Source of the DNA: Gemmatimonadota bacterium
GTDB taxonomy: Bacteria; Gemmatimonadota; Gemmatimonadetes; Palauibacterales; KS3-K002
Length of the DNA: 35,765 nt
Assembly: GCA_039586795.1 (NCBI GenBank)
Contig: JBDHJS010000035.1
Coordinates: 1-35,765, forward strand
Direction: 5' to 3'
The notes under the pieces were generated by a model. That model had not been told where the DNA came from, ran no database searches, and saw only the letters and a list, made by a program, of their open reading frames with translations. Of this stretch, positions 8,738-17,214 are shown piece by piece. The first letter of the stretch is position 1; each line of letters opens with the position of its first letter. The position numbers were made by a program, and so were the translations under genes.

Positions 8738-10021
8738 ATGGTCCACTTCGACTTGAGACCGCTCCAGGCGGCGGACAACGCCGTGACTGGATGGTTCAAC
8801 GCTGCCATCGCTTGGCTACAGGCACATCAGGTCGCCGCGTCGCTGCTGGCGACGGCGTTGCTTCTGCTGATCGCCTATCTCGTCGACCGGTTGACGGCCT
8901 GGATTCTCGACCGCTCGGTCGGACGCCTGGTGAAGAGGACGAGCTACAAATGGGACGACGTCCTCACCCAGCACGAGTTCTTCCGGCGCCTGGCCCACGT
9001 GATGCCGGTGCTGGCGATCTACTACGGCGTCGATCTGATCCCCGGTCTCCCCGCCCAGTTCACGCAGGTGGTGAACGCGGTCATGTTGGCGGGGATGGTT
9101 TTGGTGGCGGTGCGGGCGATAGACGCGCTGCTCACGGCTGGGGGCGAGCTGTACGCGCAGAGCGCGCTGTCGCGTGGTCGACCGGTCAAGGGCTATGTGC
9201 AGAGCAGCAGAATCATCCTCTACTTGGTGGGCGGCATTCTGGTCATCGCGGCGCTGACGGGACAATCGCCGGTGTTGATGCTCAGCGGCTTCGCGGCGTT
9301 CAGTGCTGTCCTGCTGCTCGTCTTTCGAGATACGATCCTGTCGTTTGTCGCCAGTTGGCACATAGCCACGTATGACCTGATGCGAGAAGGCGATTGGATT
9401 GAGATGCCGCAAGCCGGGGCGGATGGCGATGTCATTGATATAGGACTCAATGCAATAAAGGTGCAGAACTGGGACAAGACCGTAACGTCTATCCCGACGC
9501 ACAAGTTCTTGTCAGACGCGTTCAAGAATTGGCGGACGATGTCGGAATCAGGCGGCAGGCGGCTCAAGCGGGCCATCTACATCGATATGAACTCGATCCG
9601 CTTTCTCGCCGATGCCGACATCGAGCGTTTCGAGCATTTCGTTCTGCTAAAGGACTATATGGAGGAAAAGCAGAGGGAGCTGGAGGAGTACAACGCGTCG
9701 CACCTCGATGATGACAGTGATATCGCAAACGCGCGTCGTTTGACGAACATCGGCACCTTCCGAGCCTACGTTACGAACTACCTCCGTGAACATCCGAAGA
9801 TCCACGATCGGATGACGCTCATGGTCCGACAGCGAGATCCAGGACCAGAAGGTCTGCCGCTGGAGATCTATGCGTTCAGCAACGACACCAACTGGGTTGC
9901 ATACGAAGGAATACAGTCTGATATCTTCGATCACATCATTTCGATCGTCCCCGAGTTCGGCTTGCGAGTATTCCAGAGCCCGGCGGGCAGCGATTTCGAA
10001 GCTGCGATCAAGAGTCGATAG
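8738..10021 (+). CDS. Mechanosensitive channel, MscS family (YbdG-like)
   Basis: LLLVFRDTILSFVAS, GDWIEMP..GADGDVIDI, KVQNWDKT, FKNWRTMSESGGRRLKR, YEGIQSDIFDH. Confidence 0.95.
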   Translation: MVHFDLRPLQAADNAVTGWFNAAIAWLQAHQVAASLLATALLLLIAYLVDRLTAWILDRSVGRLVKRTSYKWDDVLTQHEFFRRLAHVMPVLAIYYGVDLIPGLPAQFTQVVNAVMLAGMVLVAVRAIDALLTAGGELYAQSALSRGRPVKGYVQSSRIILYLVGGILVIAALTGQSPVLMLSGFAAFSAVLLLVFRDTILSFVASWHIATYDLMREGDWIEMPQAGADGDVIDIGLNAIKVQNWDKTVTSIPTHKFLSDAFKNWRTMSESGGRRLKRAIYIDMNSIRFLADADIERFEHFVLLKDYMEEKQRELEEYNASHLDDDSDIANARRLTNIGTFRAYVTNYLREHPKIHDRMTLMVRQRDPGPEGLPLEIYAFSNDTNWVAYEGIQSDIFDHIISIVPEFGLRVFQSPAGSDFEAAIKSR

Positions 10022-10121
10022 CCTGCAATAGCGAAACCGTAGTTCTGTCCCAGTCGTAGGGCAGGCTGTATTGTTCTTCGCCCCACCATCCTACAGGCTC
10101 ACCGTAAGAAGGGACCGTCCT

Positions 10122-11159
10122 ATGTCCTACCGCGACAGCCGTTTCCGTGTGTTAATTGCTGCCCTGGCGGCCGTTGCCGCGTGCACCTCACAGGACGCTG
10201 AGTTCCCGGTGCTCACCGGCGACTACCTGGGCCAGACACCGCCAGGTAATCAGCCGGAGCTCTTCGCGCCGGGAATTATTTCCACCGGGATGTACGTCCG
10301 TGACGTGGCGATCACGCCGGACGGGAATGAAATCTACTTCAGCGCCTCGGTCGGCAACTTCAACGTGATCATGCAGACCAGGCGCGTGGACGGCGTGTGG
10401 ACAAGACCTGAAGTAGCTCCGTTCTCCGCCGATCCATCGCATTTCAATTACGAACCTCACATCACGCCAGATGGTCAGCGGCTTCTGTTTCTCTCCACTC
10501 GGCCACCCGATGGCGGCCTCGTCGCCGATGACGAGCGAGGCCGTTGGGTCAACGAAGACATATGGGCGATGGACCGGACTGAAGACGGTTGGGGCGAACC
10601 GTACAACCTGGGGCCGCCAGTGAATACGGACGGCGCCGAGTTCTATCCGGCGGTGACCAACGACGGGACGTTGTATTTCACACGCTCGGCGCCCGACGGA
10701 GAGAGCTACATCTATAGAGCCCGGCCGGTAGGTGATGGGTACGGCGAGCCCGAGCGGCTTCCCGAGCAGGTCAATTCGTCCGCCGCCCAGTACAACGCGT
10801 TCATCGCAGCCGACGAGAGCTACATCATCGTGCCCGTCGCGGGTCGCGAGGACAGCCACGGCCGCACCGACTATTACATCGTGTTCCGCAACCCGGATGA
10901 TGAGTGGAGCGAGCCCATCAACATGGGTGAACTCGTGAATACTCCACGCAATGGAGAGTACTCGCCGTTTGTGTCGCGGGATGGCAAGTACTTCTTCTTC
11001 ATGTCGGTGCGTGGGCAGTCTTGGGATGAGGCACCGGACACCCTCACGGCGGAATATCTTAAACGCGTGTATGGCGGTCCGCAGAATGGAAACTCGGATA
11101 TCTACTGGATGGATGCCGGAATCATTGAGGAGCTCCGTGCTACCGCAGTCTGGGAATAG
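10122..11159 (+). CDS. PD40/TolB-like beta-propeller lipoprotein
   Basis: Lipobox VAAC; YLGQTPPG..PELFAPGIIST; repeated TPDG..YF units; NLGPPVNT; C-terminal DIYW. Confidence 0.85.
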   Translation: MSYRDSRFRVLIAALAAVAACTSQDAEFPVLTGDYLGQTPPGNQPELFAPGIISTGMYVRDVAITPDGNEIYFSASVGNFNVIMQTRRVDGVWTRPEVAPFSADPSHFNYEPHITPDGQRLLFLSTRPPDGGLVADDERGRWVNEDIWAMDRTEDGWGEPYNLGPPVNTDGAEFYPAVTNDGTLYFTRSAPDGESYIYRARPVGDGYGEPERLPEQVNSSAAQYNAFIAADESYIIVPVAGREDSHGRTDYYIVFRNPDDEWSEPINMGELVNTPRNGEYSPFVSRDGKYFFFMSVRGQSWDEAPDTLTAEYLKRVYGGPQNGNSDIYWMDAGIIEELRATAVWE

Positions 11160-11171
11160 CAAGTTTCGACC

Positions 11172-12038
11172 GTGTGTCAGGTAAGGTGTATTTCCGAGGG
11201 CGAGTTCCCAGCTGTGCACGAGACCTTCGTGCGTGCTTTTGCGGATTATGCTCTCGACATGAGCTACCTGTCGGAAACGCATCTATATAATAGAGCGGTA
11301 AAGAACGGCGTAGACTTCGCACAATCCGTCGGTGCCTTTGATGATGAACGGATGGTCGGGTTCACTCTCATCGGCACCGACCATTGGTATGGCGCCCCGT
11401 CGGCGTTCGACATCGCCACCGGAATCGTCGAGCCCTATCGCGGCAAGGGGCTTGCCACGCGGATGCTCGACTACGCGATCGAGCGACTCAGAGCTAAGGG
11501 AATTAAACGCGTGGTGCTCGAAGTTCTCCAGGAGAACGGGCCGGCGATCGCCGCGTATCAGAAGGCCAACTTCGAAATCAACCGCGAGATCGACTGCTTC
11601 GAACTGGAACCCGCTGATCTGCGGATCCGATCGCCGGAGACAGAATCAGTTCGCATCGAGTATGGGCAACGGGTTGAAGTCGCCGAATTTGCAGGCGCCT
11701 TCGATTGGGAGCCTTCATGGGAGAACAGCCTCGCGTCGATCGGCCGCATTCCCGACGAGGTCGTCGTGCTCGTGGCGAGCTTCGAGGGGAAACGTGCAGG
11801 CGTAATGGCCTATTATCCTGCTCTCGGCTGGATTCTCACCCTGGCCGTCATACCGGACTGCCGCAGGCAAGGCGTCGCCACCGCACTGATCTGCCGCTTG
11901 GCGGAGGAGATCGGGGAGGGGGTAAGCAGCATCAAGCTCCTCAACGTCCCGCGCGAAGATCGGGGGATGACCTCGTTTCTCGAGGCCGCAGGTTTTAGAG
12001 CTTTCACACGGCAGTTCGAGATGTGGCGGCTGATCTAG
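11172..12038 (+). CDS. Tandem GNAT N-acetyltransferase
   Basis: Two acetyl-CoA motif A copies (YRGKGLA, RRQGVA); LEVLQEN..AI..Y...F. Confidence 0.88.
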   Translation: MCQVRCISEGEFPAVHETFVRAFADYALDMSYLSETHLYNRAVKNGVDFAQSVGAFDDERMVGFTLIGTDHWYGAPSAFDIATGIVEPYRGKGLATRMLDYAIERLRAKGIKRVVLEVLQENGPAIAAYQKANFEINREIDCFELEPADLRIRSPETESVRIEYGQRVEVAEFAGAFDWEPSWENSLASIGRIPDEVVVLVASFEGKRAGVMAYYPALGWILTLAVIPDCRRQGVATALICRLAEEIGEGVSSIKLLNVPREDRGMTSFLEAAGFRAFTRQFEMWRLI

Positions 12039-12216
12039 CCATCGGTGGTGCGAGCTTCTTGCGCGCCGCTGACCCCCATCGTTAGGATCGTTCTTTCGGG
12101 TGAGCCTCCGCGGCTGCCCGTCCTTCTACTCTTAGCGATAGCCTCACGTTCTTCTGGCCAGGCCAGGATTCCACGCCCGGCCGATCGAGCATTGCATCTT
12201 TGAACCGGAGGCGGAA

Positions 12217-13623
12217 GTGGGCGGATTCTTTGGGGTTGTCGCGAACGACGACTGCGTGGCCGATCTTTACTACGGAACGGACTATCACTCGCATCTGGGC
12301 ACGATGCGTGGTGGGATGGCCGTGCGTAACGGCGAGGGCTTCGTCCGCTTCATACATGATATCACCAACGCCCAGTTCAGGTCCAAGTTCGAGGACGACC
12401 TCCCCAGACTGAACGGCTCGAAGGGGATCGGTGTGATCAGCGACTACGAAGATCAACCGCTGATCATCGGTTCGCACCACGGCACGTATGCGATAGTCAC
12501 CGTCGGCAAGCTCGACAACCTGGACGATCTGGTTGCGTCGGCAATCGACCGACCCGGCGCCCATCTGTCGGAGATGGGTGGGAACGAACCGAACCCCACG
12601 GAAGTTGTCGCTAGCCTGATCGACCACGGGGACGACTTCGTGAGCGGGCTGTGTCACGCGCAGGACGTGATCAAGGGATCGTGCTCGATCTTGCTTCTAA
12701 CTGACGAAGGTATCTACGCGGCACGGGACCGGCTCGGTCGCACCCCGGTTGCCCTCGGCAAGAGGGACGGTGCGTTCGCCGTGACGCTCGAGACGTGTGC
12801 TCTGGCTAATCTGGGCTTCGAGGTGGATCGATATCTCGGGCCGGGCGAGATCGTTCGAGTGACGGAGGATGGTGTGGAGCAACTGCAACCGCCGGGCGAT
12901 GCGATGCAGATCTGCGCTTTCCTTTGGGTCTACTACGGCTACCCGGCGTCCAACTACGAGCACATCAACGTCGAGACCGTACGCTATCGCTGCGGCGCGC
13001 AACTCGCCGCTCGCGACGACGTAGAGATCGACCTGGTCGCCGGCATCCCCGACTCCGGAGTCGGTCATGCCATCGGATACGCGAACGCGGCCGGCGTGCC
13101 CTACCAGCGCCCCTTTGTGAAGTACACGCCGACCTGGCCGCGTAGCTTCATGCCCCAGGACCAACGGGTGAGGGACCTGGTGGCGCGTATGAAGCTGATC
13201 CCGATCCGCGAGATCATGGAAGGCAAACGTCTTCTGTTTTGCGAGGACTCCATCGTCAGGGGGACCCAGCTCAAGGACGTGATCGCGCGCATCTTCAAGA
13301 ACGGTGCCGAGGAAGTGCACATGCGTCCGGCGTGCCCACCGCTGATTTTCTCCTGCAAGTTCTTGAACTTCTCACGCTCCAGATCCGAGCTGGACTTGGC
13401 AGGACGCTGGGCGATCGCCGAGCTGGAGGACGGCGATCCGTGTAACCTGGACGAGTACGCCGATCCGGATTCCGATTGTCACCACCAGATGGTGGAGGTT
13501 ATCCGTAAGCGCTTGGGCCTGACATCGCTGCGCTACCAAAGGCTGGACGACCTGATCGCGGCCATCGGGTTACCCAAGGAAAGGGTCTGTACCTATTGTT
13601 GGGATGGCGTTGAGCCCGGGTGA
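12217..13623 (+). CDS. purF: Amidophosphoribosyltransferase, variant without N-terminal Cys
   Basis: GGAGG RBS with GTG start; ARDRLGRTP, GIPDSG, PRPP loop EDSIVRGT, HMRPACPP, Fe-S-type cysteines (ICAF, CTYCW). Confidence 0.9.
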   Translation: MGGFFGVVANDDCVADLYYGTDYHSHLGTMRGGMAVRNGEGFVRFIHDITNAQFRSKFEDDLPRLNGSKGIGVISDYEDQPLIIGSHHGTYAIVTVGKLDNLDDLVASAIDRPGAHLSEMGGNEPNPTEVVASLIDHGDDFVSGLCHAQDVIKGSCSILLLTDEGIYAARDRLGRTPVALGKRDGAFAVTLETCALANLGFEVDRYLGPGEIVRVTEDGVEQLQPPGDAMQICAFLWVYYGYPASNYEHINVETVRYRCGAQLAARDDVEIDLVAGIPDSGVGHAIGYANAAGVPYQRPFVKYTPTWPRSFMPQDQRVRDLVARMKLIPIREIMEGKRLLFCEDSIVRGTQLKDVIARIFKNGAEEVHMRPACPPLIFSCKFLNFSRSRSELDLAGRWAIAELEDGDPCNLDEYADPDSDCHHQMVEVIRKRLGLTSLRYQRLDDLIAAIGLPKERVCTYCWDGVEPG

Positions 13624-13710
13624 GATTCGGGGTTTCGGGGATACGAGAGTCGGGGGTTCGAATTACCAACATCGAACCCCCGAATCTCGTACTCCCCGAA
13701 TCCCCTAATC
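13624..13710. repeat. Long palindrome built from five degenerate GATTCGGG octamers per arm
   Basis: Left arm gattcggg gtttcggg ga-tacga gagtcggg ggttcga; right arm reverse complement gattaggg gattcggg gagtacga gattcggg ggttcga; 10-nt loop (13662-13671). Confidence 0.92.
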
Positions 13711-15396
13711 TGTAACCGGCATATCTAGCAGTTCCATCTGAACCACTGCTTGGACCAGACGGATGAACTCGGAGCGATACCCCCCGGTATCCTCGCCGGT
13801 CGATTCACGGGCCAGGTCGAGCACATCGTTCAGGGAAAGGTCGCCGGCGTACTCCGAATCGCGGAGTAGCATGCCGAAACCGGCGACGGCGGACGCGAAC
13901 TGCATGTCGACGGACGCCGCGCCGCCGCGATCCAGCAGCGGCTGCTGGAGGAGTCGGCTGGTGTCTCCGTCCGGCGCTTTGTAGCGGAGCCTGACAAACA
14001 TCAGCTCGTTCGAGTCAGAGGTCGCGCTGAGGTCACCCGGTGTCTGGTACCGCAGCGAGTCAACGCTGGCGATCTCGTATGGGCTCTCGACACCGACCGG
14101 GATGATTTCGTAGAGCGCGGTCACCGAGTGGCCGGCGCCCAGCTCTCCGGCGTCCTTCGTATCGTCGTTGAAGTCTTCCGCCGCCAGCAGACGATTCTCG
14201 TAGCCGATCAATCGGTACGCCTGCACCAGGTTGGGATTGAACTCGACCTGGATCTTCACGTCCTTGGCGATAGTGAGGAGCGTGCCGCCGATTTCGGTCA
14301 CCAGCACTTTGCGCGCTTCGAGCATGTTGTCGATGTAGGCGTAGTTCCCGTTACCGTGGTCCGCCAGCTTCTCCATCTTTGAATCCTGCAAGTTGCCCGT
14401 CCCGAAACCGAGAACCGTCAGGAACGTGCCCTGCTCCCGCTTCTCCTCGATCAGGCGAACCATTTCGGCGTCGCTGGAGGCGCCCACGTTGAAGTCACCG
14501 TCGGTCGCGAGGATGACACGGTTATTGCCTTCTTCGATGTGGTTCTCGGCCGCGACGGCGTAGGCCAGCTTGATCCCCGCGCCGCCCGCGGTCGAGCCGC
14601 CGGCCTCCAGCGCTTCGATCGCCGCCAGGATCGTGGGCTTTTCGTCGCCGGGTGTCGAATCGAGCACCAGCCCTGCCGCTCCCGCGTAGACGACGAGCGC
14701 GACCCGATCCTGGGCGCGCAGCTCGTTCACCAGCATGCGGAACGACGACTTCAGCAGCGGCAACTTGTCAGAGCTCTGCATCGATCCCGATACGTCGATC
14801 AGGAAGACCAGGTTGCTGGGCGGCAGATCGGTCGTGTCAACGCGTCGCCCCTGTATCCCGATGCGAACCAGCTTGTGCAGCGAATTCCAGGGCGCTGCCG
14901 TGACCTCGGTCGTGATCGAGAACGGGTCGTGACCGCTTGGCTCAGCGTAATCGTAGGTGAAATAGTTGATCATCTCTTCGATGCGGACCGCGTCGATGGG
15001 CGGCCGTTGGCCGTTGGTGATGAACCGGCGAATATTGCTATACGAAGCACGGTCCACGTCGATCGAGAACGTCGACAGCGGGTTGCCGGCGGTCGCCAGG
15101 AAGACGTTCTCCGAGATGTGGTCGTAGGATTCCGTGTTGAAGTCGTCATTGTAACGGCCGGGAAGTTGGCTCGATACCGCGCGGACGGCGTCGGCCGCAA
15201 AGCCGGATTTCCGCGCCTGCTCGGCACGCTCCCGAACCTCACCGACCGAAATTGCCGGAGCCCCGTCGACTTCCTGCTCCACCGGGGTTGTCGACGGCGA
15301 GTTCGCCTCGTTGTCAGCCGGCGCCGAGCGAGTCGTGCAGTACGCCAGGCCCAAGACCAGCGTAGAAATGGCCAGAAATTCTATGCTCTTTCTCAT
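13705..15396 (-). CDS. vWA-domain lipoprotein, YfbK/DUF3520-like
   Basis: Lipobox LAYC; STFSIDVDRASY, RIEEMINYF, MIDAS DVSGS, ILATDGDFNVG, YRLIGYENR, AGHSVTALYE. Confidence 0.93.
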   Translation of the reverse strand: MRKSIEFLAISTLVLGLAYCTTRSAPADNEANSPSTTPVEQEVDGAPAISVGEVRERAEQARKSGFAADAVRAVSSQLPGRYNDDFNTESYDHISENVFLATAGNPLSTFSIDVDRASYSNIRRFITNGQRPPIDAVRIEEMINYFTYDYAEPSGHDPFSITTEVTAAPWNSLHKLVRIGIQGRRVDTTDLPPSNLVFLIDVSGSMQSSDKLPLLKSSFRMLVNELRAQDRVALVVYAGAAGLVLDSTPGDEKPTILAAIEALEAGGSTAGGAGIKLAYAVAAENHIEEGNNRVILATDGDFNVGASSDAEMVRLIEEKREQGTFLTVLGFGTGNLQDSKMEKLADHGNGNYAYIDNMLEARKVLVTEIGGTLLTIAKDVKIQVEFNPNLVQAYRLIGYENRLLAAEDFNDDTKDAGELGAGHSVTALYEIIPVGVESPYEIASVDSLRYQTPGDLSATSDSNELMFVRLRYKAPDGDTSRLLQQPLLDRGGAASVDMQFASAVAGFGMLLRDSEYAGDLSLNDVLDLARESTGEDTGGYRSEFIRLVQAVVQMELLDMPVTD

Positions 15397-15455
15397 GATA
15401 CTCACTCCCTGGATTGAGCCCCATTTGGGCTTTATTCCTTCGCTTCTATCCGGGG

Positions 15456-15481
15456 AGACGCGGTGGGCGGCATTCGTTGCA
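15456..15481 (-). promoter_or_regulatory. Possible ECF-sigma promoter for the vWA gene
   Basis: Minus strand TGCAAC-N15-CGTCT about 60 nt upstream of the start. Confidence 0.3.
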
Positions 15482-15498
15482 CACGGGGGGCGGGGTGT

Positions 15499-15600
15499 GA
15501 TTCTGGGATTCGGTGATTATGAGGTTCGGGGCTTCTGGGGTTTGAACGCCCAGCTGGTCAAAGCCAATCGCCCTAATCTCGTAATCCCAGAATCCCTAAG
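15499..15600. repeat. Second, more degenerate octamer-built palindrome
   Basis: Left arm gattctgg gattcggt gattatga ggttcggg gcttctgg ggtttga; right arm reverse complement cttagg gattctgg gattacga gattaggg cgattgg ctttga. Confidence 0.85.
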
Positions 15601-16108
15601 GCCTCCAGCCGTCGTACCGCCTATGGGCGGGCTCTGATCGGGCCTGCTCGCGGTAGCGGAGCATCTGCGCCGCCAGCCACTGGATCCACTCGTCGAACTT
15701 CTCGTGGCCCTGTTCGCGGCGCACGGCAAACGCCCAATCCCTGAGCCGGTCCCAGGCGCCGATCACGACGCCACCCATCAGCTCCCAAACCATATCGAAC
15801 GAAACGATACGGCGATGGACCATGATGCCCACGGACTCCAGCGTAAGGCTCACCAGCATCGCCGCGTCCTCGTAGGCCTCACCGCGTTGACGCAGTTGGT
15901 CGGCCCGCGTGTCGGAGGGAAGCGAGAGGATCATACGCAGCGCGTGGGCGAACTCCGGCGTCTCGAACGATCGGGCAAGCTCGATGGCGGCGCGGTCCTG
16001 GCGCTCCTGTCGAAAGTGCAACAATTGGACGATCGCGAAGGCGAAACCGCCAATGACGATCAAGACTCCGATGATTTCGGCCAGGTTGGCCAGAGTATTC
16101 AGGTCCAT
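15596..16108 (-). CDS. Small membrane-anchored helical protein (DUF4760-like)
   Basis: GGAG RBS; N-terminal TM helix (IIGVLIVIGGFAFAIVQ); ESVGIMV...W......RRE......EWIQWLA pattern. Confidence 0.65.
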   Translation of the reverse strand: MDLNTLANLAEIIGVLIVIGGFAFAIVQLLHFRQERQDRAAIELARSFETPEFAHALRMILSLPSDTRADQLRQRGEAYEDAAMLVSLTLESVGIMVHRRIVSFDMVWELMGGVVIGAWDRLRDWAFAVRREQGHEKFDEWIQWLAAQMLRYREQARSEPAHRRYDGWRP

Positions 16109-16289
16109 CTGATGCTCCGACGTAACAATGTGTGTGCTGCCGTGTTGCCGATTAGCAGCGCGGCTCTGCATAGATCAACGAAGGAAGAGCGGGACTGGGT
16201 TCCGGGCCGAACTTCTAGCATTCGGCGTGTCCCGAGCTATACTGCTTGCACTGCGACGATGCCGGGAATCATATTCTGAGCAAGACCAC

Positions 16290-16305
16290 CGGGACCTCGT
16301 TTGCA
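16290..16305 (+). promoter_or_regulatory. Possible sigma54 (-24/-12) promoter for porin-ceramidase
   Basis: CGGGACCTCGTTTGCA: GG-N10-GC spacing with TTGCA, three mismatches to TGGCACG. Confidence 0.25.
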
Positions 16306-17214
16306 ATGCTGCGCCCCAGAGAGATTCGCGTCAAGCACCCCAGCGGGCCCCGACGTTGCTTACGTCGGTCGGTCATACTGTGTCGCGCTTCCCCCACCTG
16401 GTTAGCGCTTCTCGTTCCGTTTCTGCTGATCGTCGCACGCGGTCAAACGGCGAATGCGGTGGCGCAGGTCGTCGGCGCCGACGTCACGCTCAGCACGAAC
16501 TACGTCTGGCGAGGGCTGACCAGGGCAAGCGTACCTGTTTTGCAGCCGGATCTCTACTTGTCTATGAGCGGCAGCGGCTCGTATGTGACGGGCGGTGTCT
16601 GGATGAGCTTGGAGACCCGGAGCGGCGCCTCGGATGTCAGTGACACGGGTGCCGGGAACGGTGGCTTGGGTGAGGTCAACCTGTGGCTGGAATACTCGAG
16701 TACAAGCCGACGGGCGGATTATGCGGTTGGTGTGACTGGCTACCTCTTCCGTGATGATCCCGGCGTCAGCCGCGGCAGCGAGTACAACACATTCGAGTTG
16801 TACGGTCGGGCTTGGTGGGATCTAGTCGTCGTGATCCCGAGACTGGCATTCTGGTACGATATAGTCGCGGTTGAAGGTGCCTACTTCGAGACCAGCGTGG
16901 ACGTCCGTTTACCAGTGCTTCCTGTGGCGTCGCTCTATGTTGGAACGCTGGCGGGTTGGAGCCTGGGCCAGGCTGTCAACGAATCTGACCCGACACAACT
17001 CGGCTATTTCAAGGAAAACGGCCTCACGCACGTCGACCTGTCGACGTGGGCGTCTTTCTGGATATCGCGGAGTATCTACCTGGTGCCCATTCTTCACGTG
17101 CAATTCAATCAAGACCCCTTCACCAGGATCACGAATGGAAGCCAAACCTCGGACTCTGTAACGGTGTGGTTCGCCCTCACAGCCAGTTGGCTTCGCCCGC
17201 TGGGTTCAGATTGA
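16306..17214 (+). CDS. TorF/Gcw_chp-like putative outer-membrane porin (start uncertain)
   Basis: Mature N-terminus GADVTLSTNYVWRGLT...VLQP, EVNLW, alternating beta strands, terminal WFALTASW; stop overlaps the next ATG (TGATG). Confidence 0.7.
   Translation: MLRPREIRVKHPSGPRRCLRRSVILCRASPTWLALLVPFLLIVARGQTANAVAQVVGADVTLSTNYVWRGLTRASVPVLQPDLYLSMSGSGSYVTGGVWMSLETRSGASDVSDTGAGNGGLGEVNLWLEYSSTSRRADYAVGVTGYLFRDDPGVSRGSEYNTFELYGRAWWDLVVVIPRLAFWYDIVAVEGAYFETSVDVRLPVLPVASLYVGTLAGWSLGQAVNESDPTQLGYFKENGLTHVDLSTWASFWISRSIYLVPILHVQFNQDPFTRITNGSQTSDSVTVWFALTASWLRPLGSD

Noticed and set aside
13624..15600. Octamer repeats as a CRISPR array or IS ends
   Set aside because: No repeat-spacer periodicity, no cas or transposase gene, no clear target-site duplication.
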